Shown here: piece by piece, positions 12,119 through 24,924 of the stretch
Numbering within the stretch: the stretch's first letter is position 1
Layout: every line of letters starts with the position of its first letter
Assembly (NCBI GenBank): GCA_003990765.1
Contig: RBNJ01000009.1
Span: 1 to 64,000 of the forward strand
Direction: 5' to 3'
DNA: 64,000 nt
Source: Jimgerdemannia flammicorona
Lineage: Eukaryota
Program-made: the position numbers and the translations under genes
Notes under the pieces: model-generated
The model's database searches: none
What the model was told of the DNA's origin: nothing
Seen by the model: only the letters and a program-made list of their open reading frames with translations

Positions 12119-14356
12119 ATGGACCTGAACGCAACCTTCGATTCTTCTTTCCGTAGAAGAAGCAACCCTTGCGAATCCTGCCGCCAAAATAGACGGAAAT
12201 GCGTTCCCAACCCGCACGACTACGATGGGCCATGCTACCGTTGCGAGCGGATGAATCAACGGTGCGTCTACGGGCCGTCCAAGAAAAAGGAGAAGCCCAA
12301 AGAGCTCCAAAAAGATGAGGACGCCTTCAAAGAGAGGGCGAAGATGATAGGGGACGTAGCGGAGCTGCAACGGCAACTGGCTTCGTTCCAGAAGGATGTG
12401 GTGGCGTTGAGGTCAGTGCCCATCTTTCCGGCGTTGGAGGAAATGGTGGGACTTGGTACTGGATTTGGTGGTGTCGAAATAGGTAATGATGTTATATTAT
12501 TATCTTACAATTTAAATATATTACATCAATAGTAAACCCACCACCTTGTTGAAAACACAGATACCCCTGATTCCCCGTGGAGCTCAGATTCCACCATCTC
12601 CGAACCCACTAACGATGTCGAACTCTCGTTATCCTCCATAGAAGCAAGCGTTTCTACTTCCGCAGCGACCTTCAGCGACGACGCAAGTAGCGACACGCCG
12701 GTCTCTCGCCCCATCAAACGTCGTATACCCAACTTGAATCACCAGCCAGTCCTGGAAATGTTCCGACAACCCAACTGGAAGATAACAATACGATCAGGAG
12801 GTATCCGCATCCACACGGACATCCGCACCTTCCAGGACCTCATGGACTTCGCGCTGCACAACACTGACCGCATGCACTCGGACGACCCAACAAACCCGCT
12901 CTCGTCCGCCTACCTCCTGCGCCACCATCGCACCGGGAACCGGCCTTCCCTGCATGTGACGAAGATGGACTTCGTCGTGAGCGACACGTGCTTCATCACC
13001 ATCAAGGACGCAATCAGGAAAAAGGTGACCAAGGTGACGGTGTACACCCCCATTTTGCCATCGGGGGTGGATCATGCAATAGTCCAGCAGCTCTTTGGCG
13101 GCTACTTCGAATGTATGAACACCCTACTCCCGCTCTTCTACCGCCCGACATTCTGCAAGTTCTTCTACGACCCGCAGGATCTTATCTCCTCTGCCGTCAC
13201 CAACGCAATCTGCGCTATCATGTCATCGCGACATTGCGAGCACGTGAGTGAGATATTCATGGGCTTGCAGATCAACGCGGAAGAGCAGAGGAAGGTATCG
13301 GACCATTTCGCTGCCAAGGCGAGGGATCTTTTGAGCGAGGTATTCGATGAACCTCGGTTCGGCACTATGGTCGCGATGGGGCTCCTAATGCAGTACATGC
13401 TAGCCTCTCTGAATCCGTCAAGGGTGTGGATGTACACGACCGCGGCGTTGAGGATGGCCGAGGAGCTCATGCCCCTGTACCTGCTGGAGCCCGGTACGGA
13501 TGACCTGGACCTGCTGGCCGAACGCGAGATGTTCAAGCGCCTGTTTTACTTCTTGAACGTCATAGGTGCCAAGATCCAGTCCATGCAGGACCACGGCAAT
13601 TGGTACATAATTGAATCCACGTGGAACCACATCCGAGTGCTGGGTCAACCCAAGCCGCTCCCGGGAGAGGAGGACCTTGTAGCGCGGGCCGTTTCCTGCT
13701 TCGCCTTCGTAATCGAGCTGGGCAACTGTCAGGTCACCAACGATTTGACGGACATGCAGTATATCTACGCTAAGCTCACCGACAAGCTCTCAATCGAGTC
13801 GTGCTCGCGTATCGAGACCTCGTTCATCCGCTGGTACAATAATCTCCCCGCCACATACCGCGTCACCCCAAATATATTCCAGTATCCGTCGCCGGAGGAG
13901 CTCGCCCGCGCAGACCCCTATACCCTCAACCTGGCTCTCTTCTTCTACAACTGCTGGCTCAGGCTGCACGCCTACTTCCTCCCCTCCCTCGAGCCCGGCG
14001 ATTCAAACGCCCTCGCCGCCGAATCTGAGGCCACCAAGCTATCGTTCCGTTCGCTAATCATCTGCATCAAGTCCGCCAATATTGTCACTGCCATTTCTGA
14101 GCACATGTTCGCGCGATGGTGCTGCATGGTAGACCTGGAGAGCCTACTACATGCGAGCGACGTGCATCTCAGGATGTCCAGATCGAAGAACATCAGGCTC
14201 GCGGCCATGGGGAGGGAAAATTTGAGGCGGAGCATGGAGATTGTCAAGGGGATCATTTGCAATGTACCCGGAAACAACGCACACGTGTCAAGGTTTTATA
14301 CGTGTTTGGCCGGGTCGTTGGCGACATCGTTGGCCAAGTTCGGGATTCATTTTTGA
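12119..14356 (+). CDS. Zn(II)2Cys6 fungal transcription factor with Fungal_trans-like middle region; predicted intron 12483-12560, ~719 aa
   Basis: CESCRQNRRKCVPNPHDYDGPCYRCERMNQRC binuclear cluster followed by a coiled coil. YFECMNTLLPLFYRPTF is typical of the middle homology region. GTAATG...ACACAG (78 nt, AT-rich) joins the two ORFs in frame; a donor at 12456 is also frame-compatible. Confidence 0.9.
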
Positions 14357-14669
14357 ATCGAGCCGAAAAGAAAGGGATAAGTGGGAATGCTGGCAAGTTT
14401 TAGTCTTCTTGCTTTTGGAAGGGGAGCGGCGTTTATGGTGTGGCGATGGGGCAAGTTATCCTAGGAGACATTTTTGTGTATTTTAATGCATATAAATACA
14501 TTATCGGTATTTTGAGGAATACCCAATTGAATTAGAATAGACTGACCGATGCAAGTTGGGGAATCAAATAAGACACGATATGAGGGTTACCACTACAATA
14601 AAGGAGAAATTATGTTAGTTATATTGGCCACACATAACAAGCTTTGTTGAAAACCACATGGTACCCATA

Positions 14670-14823
14670 TAAAAAGGGTCAGGTTCAAAGCCAGGTCAAA
14701 TTCAAAGATAGCTCAGCTATTTTTTGTGGTTTGTAAATTTCTGGGTCAGCCATTTTTCGAGTTTCAATAATTTCTGGGTCAGCTCAAAGGTGTGCATAGG
14801 TCGGGTCAGGTTGCAGAGCTCTA
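14670..14823. repeat. Possible hAT-like transposon terminus with GGGTCAG subterminal repeats
   Basis: At least four GGGTCAG motifs, ending in GTTGCAGAGCTCTA (reverse complement begins TAGAG). Partner end not found. Confidence 0.3.
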
Positions 14824-15163
14824 GCCGCCTCCATCTCATAAAGTGAAACCAGCAAGGACCCTACCACAAGCCCATATATACTCGCAAGCTTGCCATAGGT
14901 GAGTTGACAGATCTCTCTGCAGACGCCTTCCACAACATTCTACGAGACACATTTGTGACTCCCGAATACGACCAGTTGCATTTGGGTCTGAATGCATTCC
15001 GAAGAGCCGGGACCAGATGCAGCTGAGCCTCATAACATCATGCGTGATATTGTCAACATGGTACCAGGATATGGGGGCAAATTAGGCTAGGAAATAACTG
15101 GTTGCTGCTGAACGTGATGAGGAATGTAGACCTCACCCTTGTGCCCGCACTGTCTGAATATAC

Positions 15164-15920
15164 TGTGACGCGCGAAACGCATAGTATAGCCAGACGACGT
15201 AAATACTATAGTTACCCTATTTCTGTGGAAATTGTATAAATAACCAGATAGCCAAAGAAGGAAACAGACAGTCAATGTCCACCATACAGTGAATGCCTGA
15301 ATGTCTGCTGTACAGTGGATGTCCACTGTGCAGTCAATGTCTGCTGGACAGTCAATGTCCACCTCAATTCTACAGTTAGCCATATAGCAACCAGATAGCA
15401 ACCAACTTGTATAAAATACCCCAGAGACGAAAAGTCAAAGAAAAGCAGAAAGCTTCCTTTTCCACTCCAGTTCACTTTTTCATACAAAGAGAAGAGTCCA
15501 AAAAGTTCAAAAGCAAAAGACAAGTCTGCCCACTATACTTTGAGAAGAATACTAAAGCCACTACTAGGAGATTGTGAGCTTACTTTCCACTCTGGTCCAC
15601 TTTCTGATACAAAGCTTTGAAGAGAAACCCATCTCTTAAGGAATAAGCTGCCATTTTTAAGAAGTCTGCCAATTCAGGAAGAATCTACATCATTCAAGTT
15701 ATTTCCCAGAGAGTCTGATATAGGAATCTTATCTCAAAGCTAGTCTATCTGATATAACTTTGTAGTGGAGCCAGTCTTCAATATAAACCCACACAAACAA
15801 AGTCAGTCTTTGATATAACTTTGCTAAGAATCTATATCATACAAGTCATCTGAGTTATCTAAGTTATCAAGTTATCTGCCAAACTGAGTTATCTACCAAA
15901 TAATCCATTAAGAAATACCA
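15164..15920 (+). mobile_element. Family-A LTR, truncated, opposite orientation
   Basis: Starts TGTGAC. Reverse complement of blocks in 5760-6966 and 10451-11206. 18-bp tandem units at 15269-15362. Confidence 0.65.
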
Positions 15921-15923
15921 CCA

Positions 15924-16630
15924 AGAAGTGGGACTAGAATGGGGCTTGAGCTTGGAGTGAGGAGGTATGGAGATGGCTACCACCTAAGTACTGGGTGGTT
16001 TGGTGGCATATACTGTAGAGAAATATTATACTCAACTTTCATTCAGGCCACCTTATAGAGGGGAGAAGTTTTGACTGTAAGGAGTGTTGTAATATAGGCC
16101 AGGAAGGGGGATTTGTACAGATGCCAGAATATTGGCTGAGAAAGTACAAGATACTTAGAGACTTCTGGCTAGTAGTTGGAAATTAACTAAGTATTATGAG
16201 AAGGGGAGATGGTAAGAGGGGTCAGTGGGAGGACCTAAGAGATAGATTGGTGGGGAGGATTAGAAATAAGTGGCTCACTATTGGTTGGGTGTTAGCTGTA
16301 TGGGTGGGGCTGGCAGGACACTGGCTGTTTGTTTTTGAGGAAGAGAGGTAGTTGGGTTTGGGGGAGTAGCTGTTAAGATGAGAAGGATTGATAGAGGACA
16401 TCTTGACAGGTTGGTAGCTAGGATGGGGTCTGCAGAGAGATCATCAGTATCATTTGGTAGAAAATATTTGTAGGCAGAGTGGGAGGAGGGTTGGAGTAGT
16501 GGGTGATAAGGTAGTGTTCAAGCATGAGGAGGTAGAGGGGGGGAGGGGGGCCCTAGGGAGATTGGGTAGTGGGAGGGGATACTATATTTATATTTGATAG
16601 ACTGATAATAAATAGCAAAGTCCAAGAGAC

Positions 16631-16686
<56 letters not shown>
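15924..16686 (+). mobile_element. 5'-truncated LINE (3' end) with poly(A) tail
   Basis: Reverse complement of ~1-690 of copy A. Pure A run at 16634-16686. Confidence 0.9.
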
Positions 16687-16690
<4 letters not shown>

Positions 16691-18066
16691 TAAACAGAAG
16701 AAGTAATTTATTTATAATATAAATCATATATTTTTAGATACTATAAATAATAATATACAAATGATATAAAATAAATTAGCATAAAGTCATATAGATATAT
16801 CAACTTATAATTCAACAGTACTAAATTTTTGATCTTCTTTATCAATTACTATAGCTTTCTAATAGACTTTTAAGAAAATCAAGAATATTATAAATAATGA
16901 GATTCCATATATACCCAAAATATATAGTATATAAAAGTAAGTAAATAATAGAGATTCTTAAACAGAGTATTATTGTTACTAGTATTATTATATATAATGA
17001 CAATAATTTAATTGTCAATAGACTATAAATTATCTATTACCAGCTCTAGGCTCTTTATAAGATTAGCACCCATGTATGTTATTTTGCTGATATTTATAAA
17101 GTCTAAGATAATATCATATATCTTCCAATCACCATCAATCTAATGAGCTGTTATTCCAAAGAAGACCTTATAACATCCAACAATTAAGTATAAGTGATAT
17201 CTTTGACTTAAGTCCTGCTAGTCTTACTTTTACTTGAGTCTGCAATAATTCAAATATCTTATAAAATCATATTAGTTAATAGAAGGGCCAGATCAGGGTA
17301 TAATATATGAAAGAGATACTTGAAGCCAGAGTTTTTAATAGTGAAAAATGACTGATATCTAATGGAAATTCTCATCATTTAAAGTCTTGTTAGAGTGATT
17401 CTATTTACAATACTAAAATTTGATAAACTATTTTTCTAATATTCTCCTAAGTACTTCTCAAATTCCATTCTAACTATTATCTTTCTTAGATCAGTAAGAA
17501 TTCTCAGTATACTGGAGAGGTAAGAGTATAATATTGTAATACTTTGAGAGATATCATTTAGGATTGTTGATATTGCTATCCTTCAATATATACCTCTAAG
17601 TTATATAATAGTTATAACTGATGAGCTTGCTTTGTAAATTCTATTAGAATAGTGATATATAAAACTATATTAGAACTATAACTACTTACAACTAACCATC
17701 CTATAACTGATGATCAATCACCCTTATTATCAACTACCTTTATGACCAACAATTCTTATGACTATAACTATTAGTATATAAAATATAGAAAACTATCTTT
17801 ATGATATAATTCTATATTTAGCTATAATTAGGTTTTATTTTTATTTTTTTCTCATACTTATTAGTAATAATGAACCAGTGGATATATCTAATATATTCTC
17901 CAATATATTCTTAGATATATTATCTGATAGTTTAGAAATTTCTTCTAAATTTAGTTCTTGATCTTTAGATATTTTAAAAAGTATTTAATAATGATAGAGG
18001 CTAGAAGCTTGAGTGAGAGACTAAGAGCTAGAAAGTGATTAGGAAGTGGAGAGATAAACTGGGGAG

Positions 18067-18293
18067 TAGTACTCCTAATAAATTGAATTAAATGTTCAAT
18101 TTGATTTGAGATTTGATTTGAACTCTATTTTTTAAATATAATAACTTGATGAAAATATATTCAAATTTAATGATCATTAGCTTGTTAGATTTGGACATGT
18201 TTTCATTAAGTTATTATATTTTGAAAAATAGGGGTTGAATCAGACTCTCAATTTGATTTGATTTAAATTGATTCAATTTATTTGGGAGCACTA
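18067..18293. mobile_element. hAT-type MITE, palindromic
   Basis: TIRs TAGTACTCCTAATAAATTGAAT / ATTCAATTTATTTGGGAGCACTA. 8-bp flanks CTGGGGAG / CTGGAGAG (7 of 8 match). Confidence 0.8.
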
Positions 18294-18346
18294 CTGGAGA
18301 GTAGCAAGCTAGGGAGCAGGGAATATGGCAAAGTTATTTTATATAT

Positions 18347-18740
18347 TGTGATGTATAGTATGAAATAGAAATAAGAATCAGGGGAATAGATATTTGATTG
18401 TGGTACCTGAATCCAATTTCCTGATTTATTATAGTGTAGAAATTACCTTTACAGCAGATACTACATCTAAAATATTATCAGTGAAACTCTTGTTACTTTC
18501 ACGAATTTCAGATAGGATTTCACATGAGATTCTACCTGAGAATTTCACATGAAAAGACTTGATACTTAGCTGCATATTTAGTAGCAGAATTAGTGCACAA
18601 ATCTGTATGAATAACCCAGTATTTTAGAGTGAATAAACCTCAGTCAGATCAAACCAGTTCAATTCAAAAGTCTTCTTTACATACCCTTCCTCCCCATTTC
18701 AAAATCCTACCAACTCACCAAGTTCCGCACCCACTATGTT

Positions 18741-18743
<3 letters not shown>
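18347..18743 (+). mobile_element. Solo LTR (family B)
   Basis: TGTGA...TTACA termini, ATAT on both sides, high similarity to 23936-24278. Confidence 0.85.
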
Positions 18744-18771
<28 letters not shown>

Positions 18772-19250
18772 TGATTTGATTGATTGTGGTGGCTTTTACG
18801 TTCAAGGATTCTTGGTGCACAATATTTATTTACCCAACCTAATGAACCATGTTTCAAGCTAAGAATGATATTTTTATCATATCCTTTCATATGCCAAATA
18901 TATGGACTGGAAATTGGTTTCCGTAACATCTTATTATTTTGGCGTTAGAGTCAATGTTTGACGCATCCAAACAAAAACGCATCCAGATATGTCTTTTGAC
19001 GAATATTCATGTTAAAAAAAATGTCTTTTCTTTCCCAAGAGGGTGGGAATTAGGCGATTTCGTATTTGTAAAGTGCCAAGGTCAATCCTCAAAGATGGGA
19101 CAGGCCAGTCCCAACTACAGTTGAAAAACAGTTATCTGGCGTAAGCCATGAATGATCTTTGGGGATCAAAGTTTTTCCAGACATGTGACCTGAATATATT
19201 TCCCCTTTCTTAATTGGCTCTTGGTGCTATCTCACTTCCAATCGGTCCAA

Positions 19251-19961
19251 ATGACACAACTTGCTCAAAAGTCTGCCTACCGTGGCCTTGACAGCTTCCC
19301 GAACGAGATCCTTGTCAAGGTCCTTGTCCTCGTCGGCCCCCACGACATCCTGCAGGCCGCACTGGCGTATCGTCGCATTGCTGAGTTCACACGGACCGAC
19401 TGGCTGTGGCAGCTGAAGCTCCTCGCGGACTTTCCCAGCGCCAACCCCGAACCCAGCGACACGTCCTACCTGAACGCCTATATCCGCCTCTCCTCTAAAA
19501 TATTCCTCGCGAGCTACCGGGCCAACGTCGCCTGGCTCAACAATCAACACTGGTCACGTATTCCCGATCTCTCGTCGCCGTATGGCCAGATTATCTGCCT
19601 GAGGTCGGTCCGGTGGATGTCGGCTAATGGCGAGTTCCGCAACGTGCGTGTCGGCCATTATGAGGTTGTTTGGCGGCTCAAGGTTGTGGGAAGAGGACAC
19701 CATACGTTGTGCAGGACATGTTTAAGTTACGAAGTCATTGACGGGAATGTGTTTTTGGAGGAGCAACCCGGCGTCGGATTCTGGAACACGTTGAAGGAAG
19801 GCGAATGGACCGAGTACAGGTTCTCACAGCCTTTAATTATTACCGATTCCGATGCTGGGAAGACCGTCAAGTGCCTCATACGGGACATTGGTCATTACAT
19901 CAAGAACGGACTGTGTTTGGACTGGGTACAGATGGAGCGCGTCGGGTCGAAGTGTCAATGA
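19251..19961 (+). CDS. F-box protein with C-terminal PP2/Nictaba-like (phloem protein 2) domain, 236 aa
   Basis: F-box LDSFPNEILVKVL...DWLW. C-terminal pattern VAWLNNQHW / LRSVRWM / YEVVWRLKV / GEWTEY / KNGLCLDWV resembles the PP2 consensus. Uninterrupted ORF with normal CpG content. Confidence 0.8.
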   Translation: MTQLAQKSAYRGLDSFPNEILVKVLVLVGPHDILQAALAYRRIAEFTRTDWLWQLKLLADFPSANPEPSDTSYLNAYIRLSSKIFLASYRANVAWLNNQHWSRIPDLSSPYGQIICLRSVRWMSANGEFRNVRVGHYEVVWRLKVVGRGHHTLCRTCLSYEVIDGNVFLEEQPGVGFWNTLKEGEWTEYRFSQPLIITDSDAGKTVKCLIRDIGHYIKNGLCLDWVQMERVGSKCQ

Positions 19962-22379
19962 TGAGATGGAAGAAGGAGGGGTGTTGGTTGGGCACCCATC
20001 CTCTTCGATGTAACAAGAGACGTAATTCCAAGTCTTCAAATCAAGTAGAATAGTAGTTTAATACAGTGATTGCATCAGCAGGAAATATTTATAAATATGA
20101 GATTACAGTCATAAATGTGTCTCATTTCTATAATTCAACTCGCGGGACGCAGACATAATTGTTGAAAGTTTAATGTCACCCCGGAAAAATTAATAAGAGT
20201 CTAACGTTGCACGTGTAGAAAGACAACGGTTTGGTTTGTTCTTCAACAACTGATTTCTGAACTAGATTCCCTCCTGTGAAAAACTTACATAAAAGCAACA
20301 TCATCTCATCATTCATAGCCAAGAGTAATGTAATTGAAAATAATAATAATTAATAATTAATTTTGAAAATAAATTTAGACAATAAGTAAGTGATGCAATT
20401 CAATACTGGCTTTAAACATCTTTGTACTAATAAAAAAAGTGATGAACTATGCCAAGGTGCTTTTATTTATTATTTTTTATGTATTCATTCTCTATTATGG
20501 CGCGCTCCATCCGGCATAGGAGGTAATAGTTCGAGACTTCCAGACTGACGGTATTCCTAATGATTTTGTGTAATGGTCGTGTTTACGAACAGCTCCTTGA
20601 ATCGGCCATCCCAACAAGGCCTACCCAAAAATGAACCATTGTCACGCAAACAACAGTGGTTTTGGCCTCAAGTACGACATCGCCTTATAGACAGACGACG
20701 TAACCACTTTCAGTGCTGAAGGTGTCGAGCTTGGCGCTTGCCGCGCCGTATTGCGGCTGCAAGGTGTGTTCGATTACTCGATTTTTGTGTTTTGTAGTGT
20801 TTTGTAGGCCTGTCTCTGAAGTTATTTGGTCCCATCAAGGTGTCCCGTCCCGTTTTCAAGGGAATTCTGCAAGAGAGCGTCTCCCGGTGAGTTGGCCTCC
20901 ACGGTTTCATTTACACCAAATCAATCGGCGACATCATAATCATCACCGCGGTGGACGTCCACCGCCCAGCGAGCCTCCTTGCCTTTCCAAAGCTCATGGC
21001 AATGGTCCTGGAGCGTGCTGAAGACATTCCCGACTTTGGCGTCTCCTCGTCCCTCTCCAACGAGGCCGTTACGTCCATTCCATGGAGTGAAGAGAACAAG
21101 GATCTCTACCCTGCGCTCCTCCAGCATTCTACACTTGACAGACCTCTCCGAATCTGCTACCGATCTGCCTTTTTCTGCACCCTGCGTGACTATCAACTCG
21201 CCCGCATTGCCTGAAGAGCCACACGGAGGCAGTCGACAGGTTTGCGTAGGTGTCTCCGCACTATATGGCATTTTGTCACCACGTATGCAAGAATAGTGTG
21301 CCCAACGTGACACTCGTCCGGAAATCAAAATCAAATCGAGAAAGTCCAAATCGAGGAAGTCAAAATCAAGTAAGTCAAAATCACAAGTGGGATTGATCGA
21401 AGGTCGGTTTGCGTGTAGTCATCTTAGAAAATGGGCAAGGTCGTGGAGTTTTCCGTTGGGACCCCGGAATCAGAGAAGCAGACGGCGCGGATCTCCGTCC
21501 CCGTGTCGACGACTTGGCTTTGCTAATGGGACATAGTGTTTGAGTCCGTTTAAGTTAACCAACACGGAAAATCCATCGGCCAGATCGGATTAGTAGGCGA
21601 AGTGTACACTAGCTTCTGATATGCATCCCAATTCATCGGCTGGTCATTCCATTGTTGGCAGGACAGTCATCGGAACATTTTGGGGCAAAGAGGGATCCAC
21701 GACTATGGTGCCCCATTTTAGAGTGGCAATATAGTGTCCTTACATCCGGACAAATATAACCGTCTTTGTGCCTATTCCATTAACGGAATCAACTGTGGGA
21801 TTGTATTGTCCAATCTTCCGGAGAAGGTGTGCCCTGCCATTGTTTTGAGCACTCATCCAAGTATCGAATAAATAATCGTCGTACATTGTCCTTAATCTTG
21901 TCTCCCCTCCTATGACACCTCATTCGCTTCTTACCTGATTTAGATGAAGCCTATTACGCTTATGCTGTATGAGTTTGCGATTATTTTTTATTTGGTCCTT
22001 TGCGAATTGCTGCTATAACCGAACTGTGTTGCTCTGGTAAAATCTTACGATCATTCGTTATAATAAACTAACATTTCAACGCTTGGTGATCTAATCTTGA
22101 AATGTCATTTTTATCTGGGTAATTTACGCAAAATGTGTACAGGTTCCTAGGATCATCGGTTGAAGACTGAACAACCGAAACTAGAGTAGCATTAATAGGC
22201 ATATGAGTGACTGACATAATCATCATTGTAATAAAAAGCAGACATAATAGAGTCAAAGAAGCCCTGTATAAGGAATTCAAGATAACAGACATGAATGATG
22301 CATTCTTTCTTTTGGAGATATCTATTATATGAAACAAGAGCATATACACCATATATCTCTTGTAGTCAACTTACATCTA

Positions 22380-23830
22380 AGTCATCTTAGAATAATTCAA
22401 TATAAGTGAATACAAGTCAGTAAACACCCCTATGGAAACTTTGGTAAAGTTAAGGAAGCCTAAGACTGACAATAACAAGAACTATATAAATATTCTCTAT
22501 TAGCAAGCAATGGGTATCTTATGTATCTTATACTAGAAATGAGACCCAACATCTCATAACTATAAATAAGTTGGCACAGTATTCATTATACTATAATAAT
22601 TTACATTAGAGTGCTATTAAGGGGATTTTCAGATATATTAAAGAAATGGTATACTATATGCTTACTCTAGATAGATTAAGTGAGAGTAATAAGGACAATG
22701 CTATATAATTAACTGATATATATAATGCTGATTGGGCTGGAGACTTAAATTATTGCCAATCTACAACTGTATACTTCTTTTAGTTTAATACCAAAGAAGT
22801 TGTATCTTGGTAAATATATAATCCTTACACTATAATGTAGACAAATTTGTCTATAAAATATATATATATATATATAATTTTTATATAAGTAGAGTTCAGT
22901 GGAAATATCATCTATATAAGTAGAATATTAAGTATTATTTATAACAATCAAAGAAGCTATTTGGCTATACTAGCTGTTAAAGAAACTTGACTTTGATTAG
23001 GAATAGTATTCTATCCTTATTTATCAGAATATCTAGTCTATAATTACTATGGCCAATAACTCTATTTGTTATAGCAAAACTATATTCATTGATATACAAT
23101 ACTATTATATAAGGAAATATATAGAGAATAGAACTATATACTTAGAATATATCTCTATAGAGTATATGATTACAGATTTGGTTACCAAAGTTCTTCAGAG
23201 ACTTAAGTTCAAGCAATGCACTTAGTGCTCCAGATGAGTTAATTTAATTCAGATTGGATTTGAATTGATTCGGATTGAATCCTATCTGGATCAACTTGGA
23301 TGAGATTTGAATACCATCTGGATTGATTTAAATCTGATTTCCAAATTAGACAATTAAATGTTTACATCAATAACTTGATAAATAATTATTCAATTTTGAT
23401 GTTCCTAGTATCATTGGAATACTCTTAATAAGGCCTTTCTAATGATACCAAGAACATTAAAATTGGATTATGTATTGCTGAGCTATTAAGAAAAACATTC
23501 TTTTAATAAAATTTCCAAAATCAGCAAGTGGAATAATTTCCAAAATTGGTGAGTCAGATGTCTTCCTTGATAACTCAGCAATGCATGATCCAATTTCAAT
23601 ATTCTTGGTATCATTAGAAAGGCCCTATTAAGGGCTTTCAAATGACATCAAGATCATCAAAATTAGATAATTATTCATCAAGTTATTGATATAAACATTT
23701 AATTGTCTAATTTGGAAATCAAATCAATGGTTGATTCAAATCCATCCAGATGGGATTCAAATCTGATCCAGATCAACTCATTTGGAGTACTAAATATATT
23801 GAAGAAATAAGTCATACAATGAACTATATA
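22380..23830 (+). mobile_element. Ty1/Copia RT/RNase H remnant, interrupted by a MITE
   Basis: YNADWAGDLNYCQSTT (~22721) and SKTIFIDIQYYYIR...EYMITDLVTKVL (~23072-23195) match Copia RNase H motifs. Confidence 0.8.
23223..23792. mobile_element. 570-bp foldback hAT-type MITE
   Basis: TIRs TAGTGCTCCAGATGAGTT / AACTCATTTGGAGTACTA, with the inverted repeat extending about 270 bp inward. Flanks AATGCACT / AATATATT differ only by transitions, consistent with a decayed 8-bp TSD. Confidence 0.85.
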
Positions 23831-23935
23831 TCAGTAATAGAACTATACATCAGTAATAGATAATCATGAGATATCTCATGATGAAAAGAAAGTAAAAATA
23901 AAATAAAATAATAATAATACAATATATCTTTCTAT

Positions 23936-24278
23936 TGTGACGTATGGTATGAAATAGAAACAGGAAATAGACATTTGATCGTAGTACCTGAATCCAATTT
24001 CCAATTTAGTATAGTCTTTTACTGCGGACACTGCTATCAGTGAAACTCTTGTTACTTTCACGAATTTCAGATAGGATTTCACATGAGATTCTACCTGAGA
24101 ATTTCACATGAAAAGACTTAATACTTAGCCACATATTTAGTAGCAGAATTAGCGCACAAATCTGTATAAATAACTCAGTATTTTAGAGTGAATAAACCTC
24201 AGTCAGAACGAGTCAGATCAAACCAGTCCAATTCCAAAATCCATCCAACTTACTAAATTCCGCGTCCACTACGTTACA
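23936..24278 (+). mobile_element. Solo LTR (family B)
   Basis: TGTGA...TTACA termini with a 4-bp TSD CTAT. Confidence 0.88.
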
Positions 24279-24456
24279 CTATATATATATCTCTTCAAGT
24301 ATTATATTGTATTATTATTTACTAGTTTTTCTTCTTTTTCTTCTTATTTTCCACTACTAGAATCTATCTACATTCTCTATTTTCAAAACAGATTTTTATA
24401 TTTTGAGTATGGGTAAATAGCATTCTTTTAGTATATATTTATAGTTATTTTGTATT

Positions 24457-24457
<1 letters not shown>

Positions 24458-24503
<46 letters not shown>

Positions 24504-24924
24504 GTTATAAGAACTTCCACTTTATTATCAGACTATCTATAATATATTAATACAAATGAGCACCTCATCCTATCTCATTTGAAAACTCTCTCTCTCTTTT
24601 ACCATTCTCTTGAAACATTACTGACCCCTCTACCACTCCACTCCTCTTCTCACTTTTCTTATAGATTGTCTTTACAAATTACTTCTGATACTCTCCACCA
24701 GCACTCCCACTCCTCTACCACCCATTTAACATATCTGTCATCAGCCACTTCTATCTAACCACCCTCACTCCCAATATCAACTTTTGACTCTCCTCAAATA
24801 TATATAACCAATGTCCTGTAAGTCTGATCCAAATCACCAGTACCTATCCTAATATCAACCACTTATCTTCCAACTTCCCCACCCACCTCCTCCAGAGGTC
24901 ATCCCACTTCCCTCCCACCACCAA
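24458..24924 (-). mobile_element. Short 5'-truncated LINE insertion with poly(A)
   Basis: T run 24462-24500. Flanked by an 18-bp direct repeat TATAGTTATTTTGTATTT at 24440-24457 and 24925-24942. Confidence 0.8.

Noticed and set aside
12412-12532. Alternative intron GTCAGT...AATAG in the transcription factor gene
   Set aside because: Splicing there enters a frame with an early stop; 12483-12560 keeps the frame.
16700-18060. AT-rich stretch as a classifiable transposon
   Set aside because: Probably a decayed repeat, but no motif could be read with confidence.
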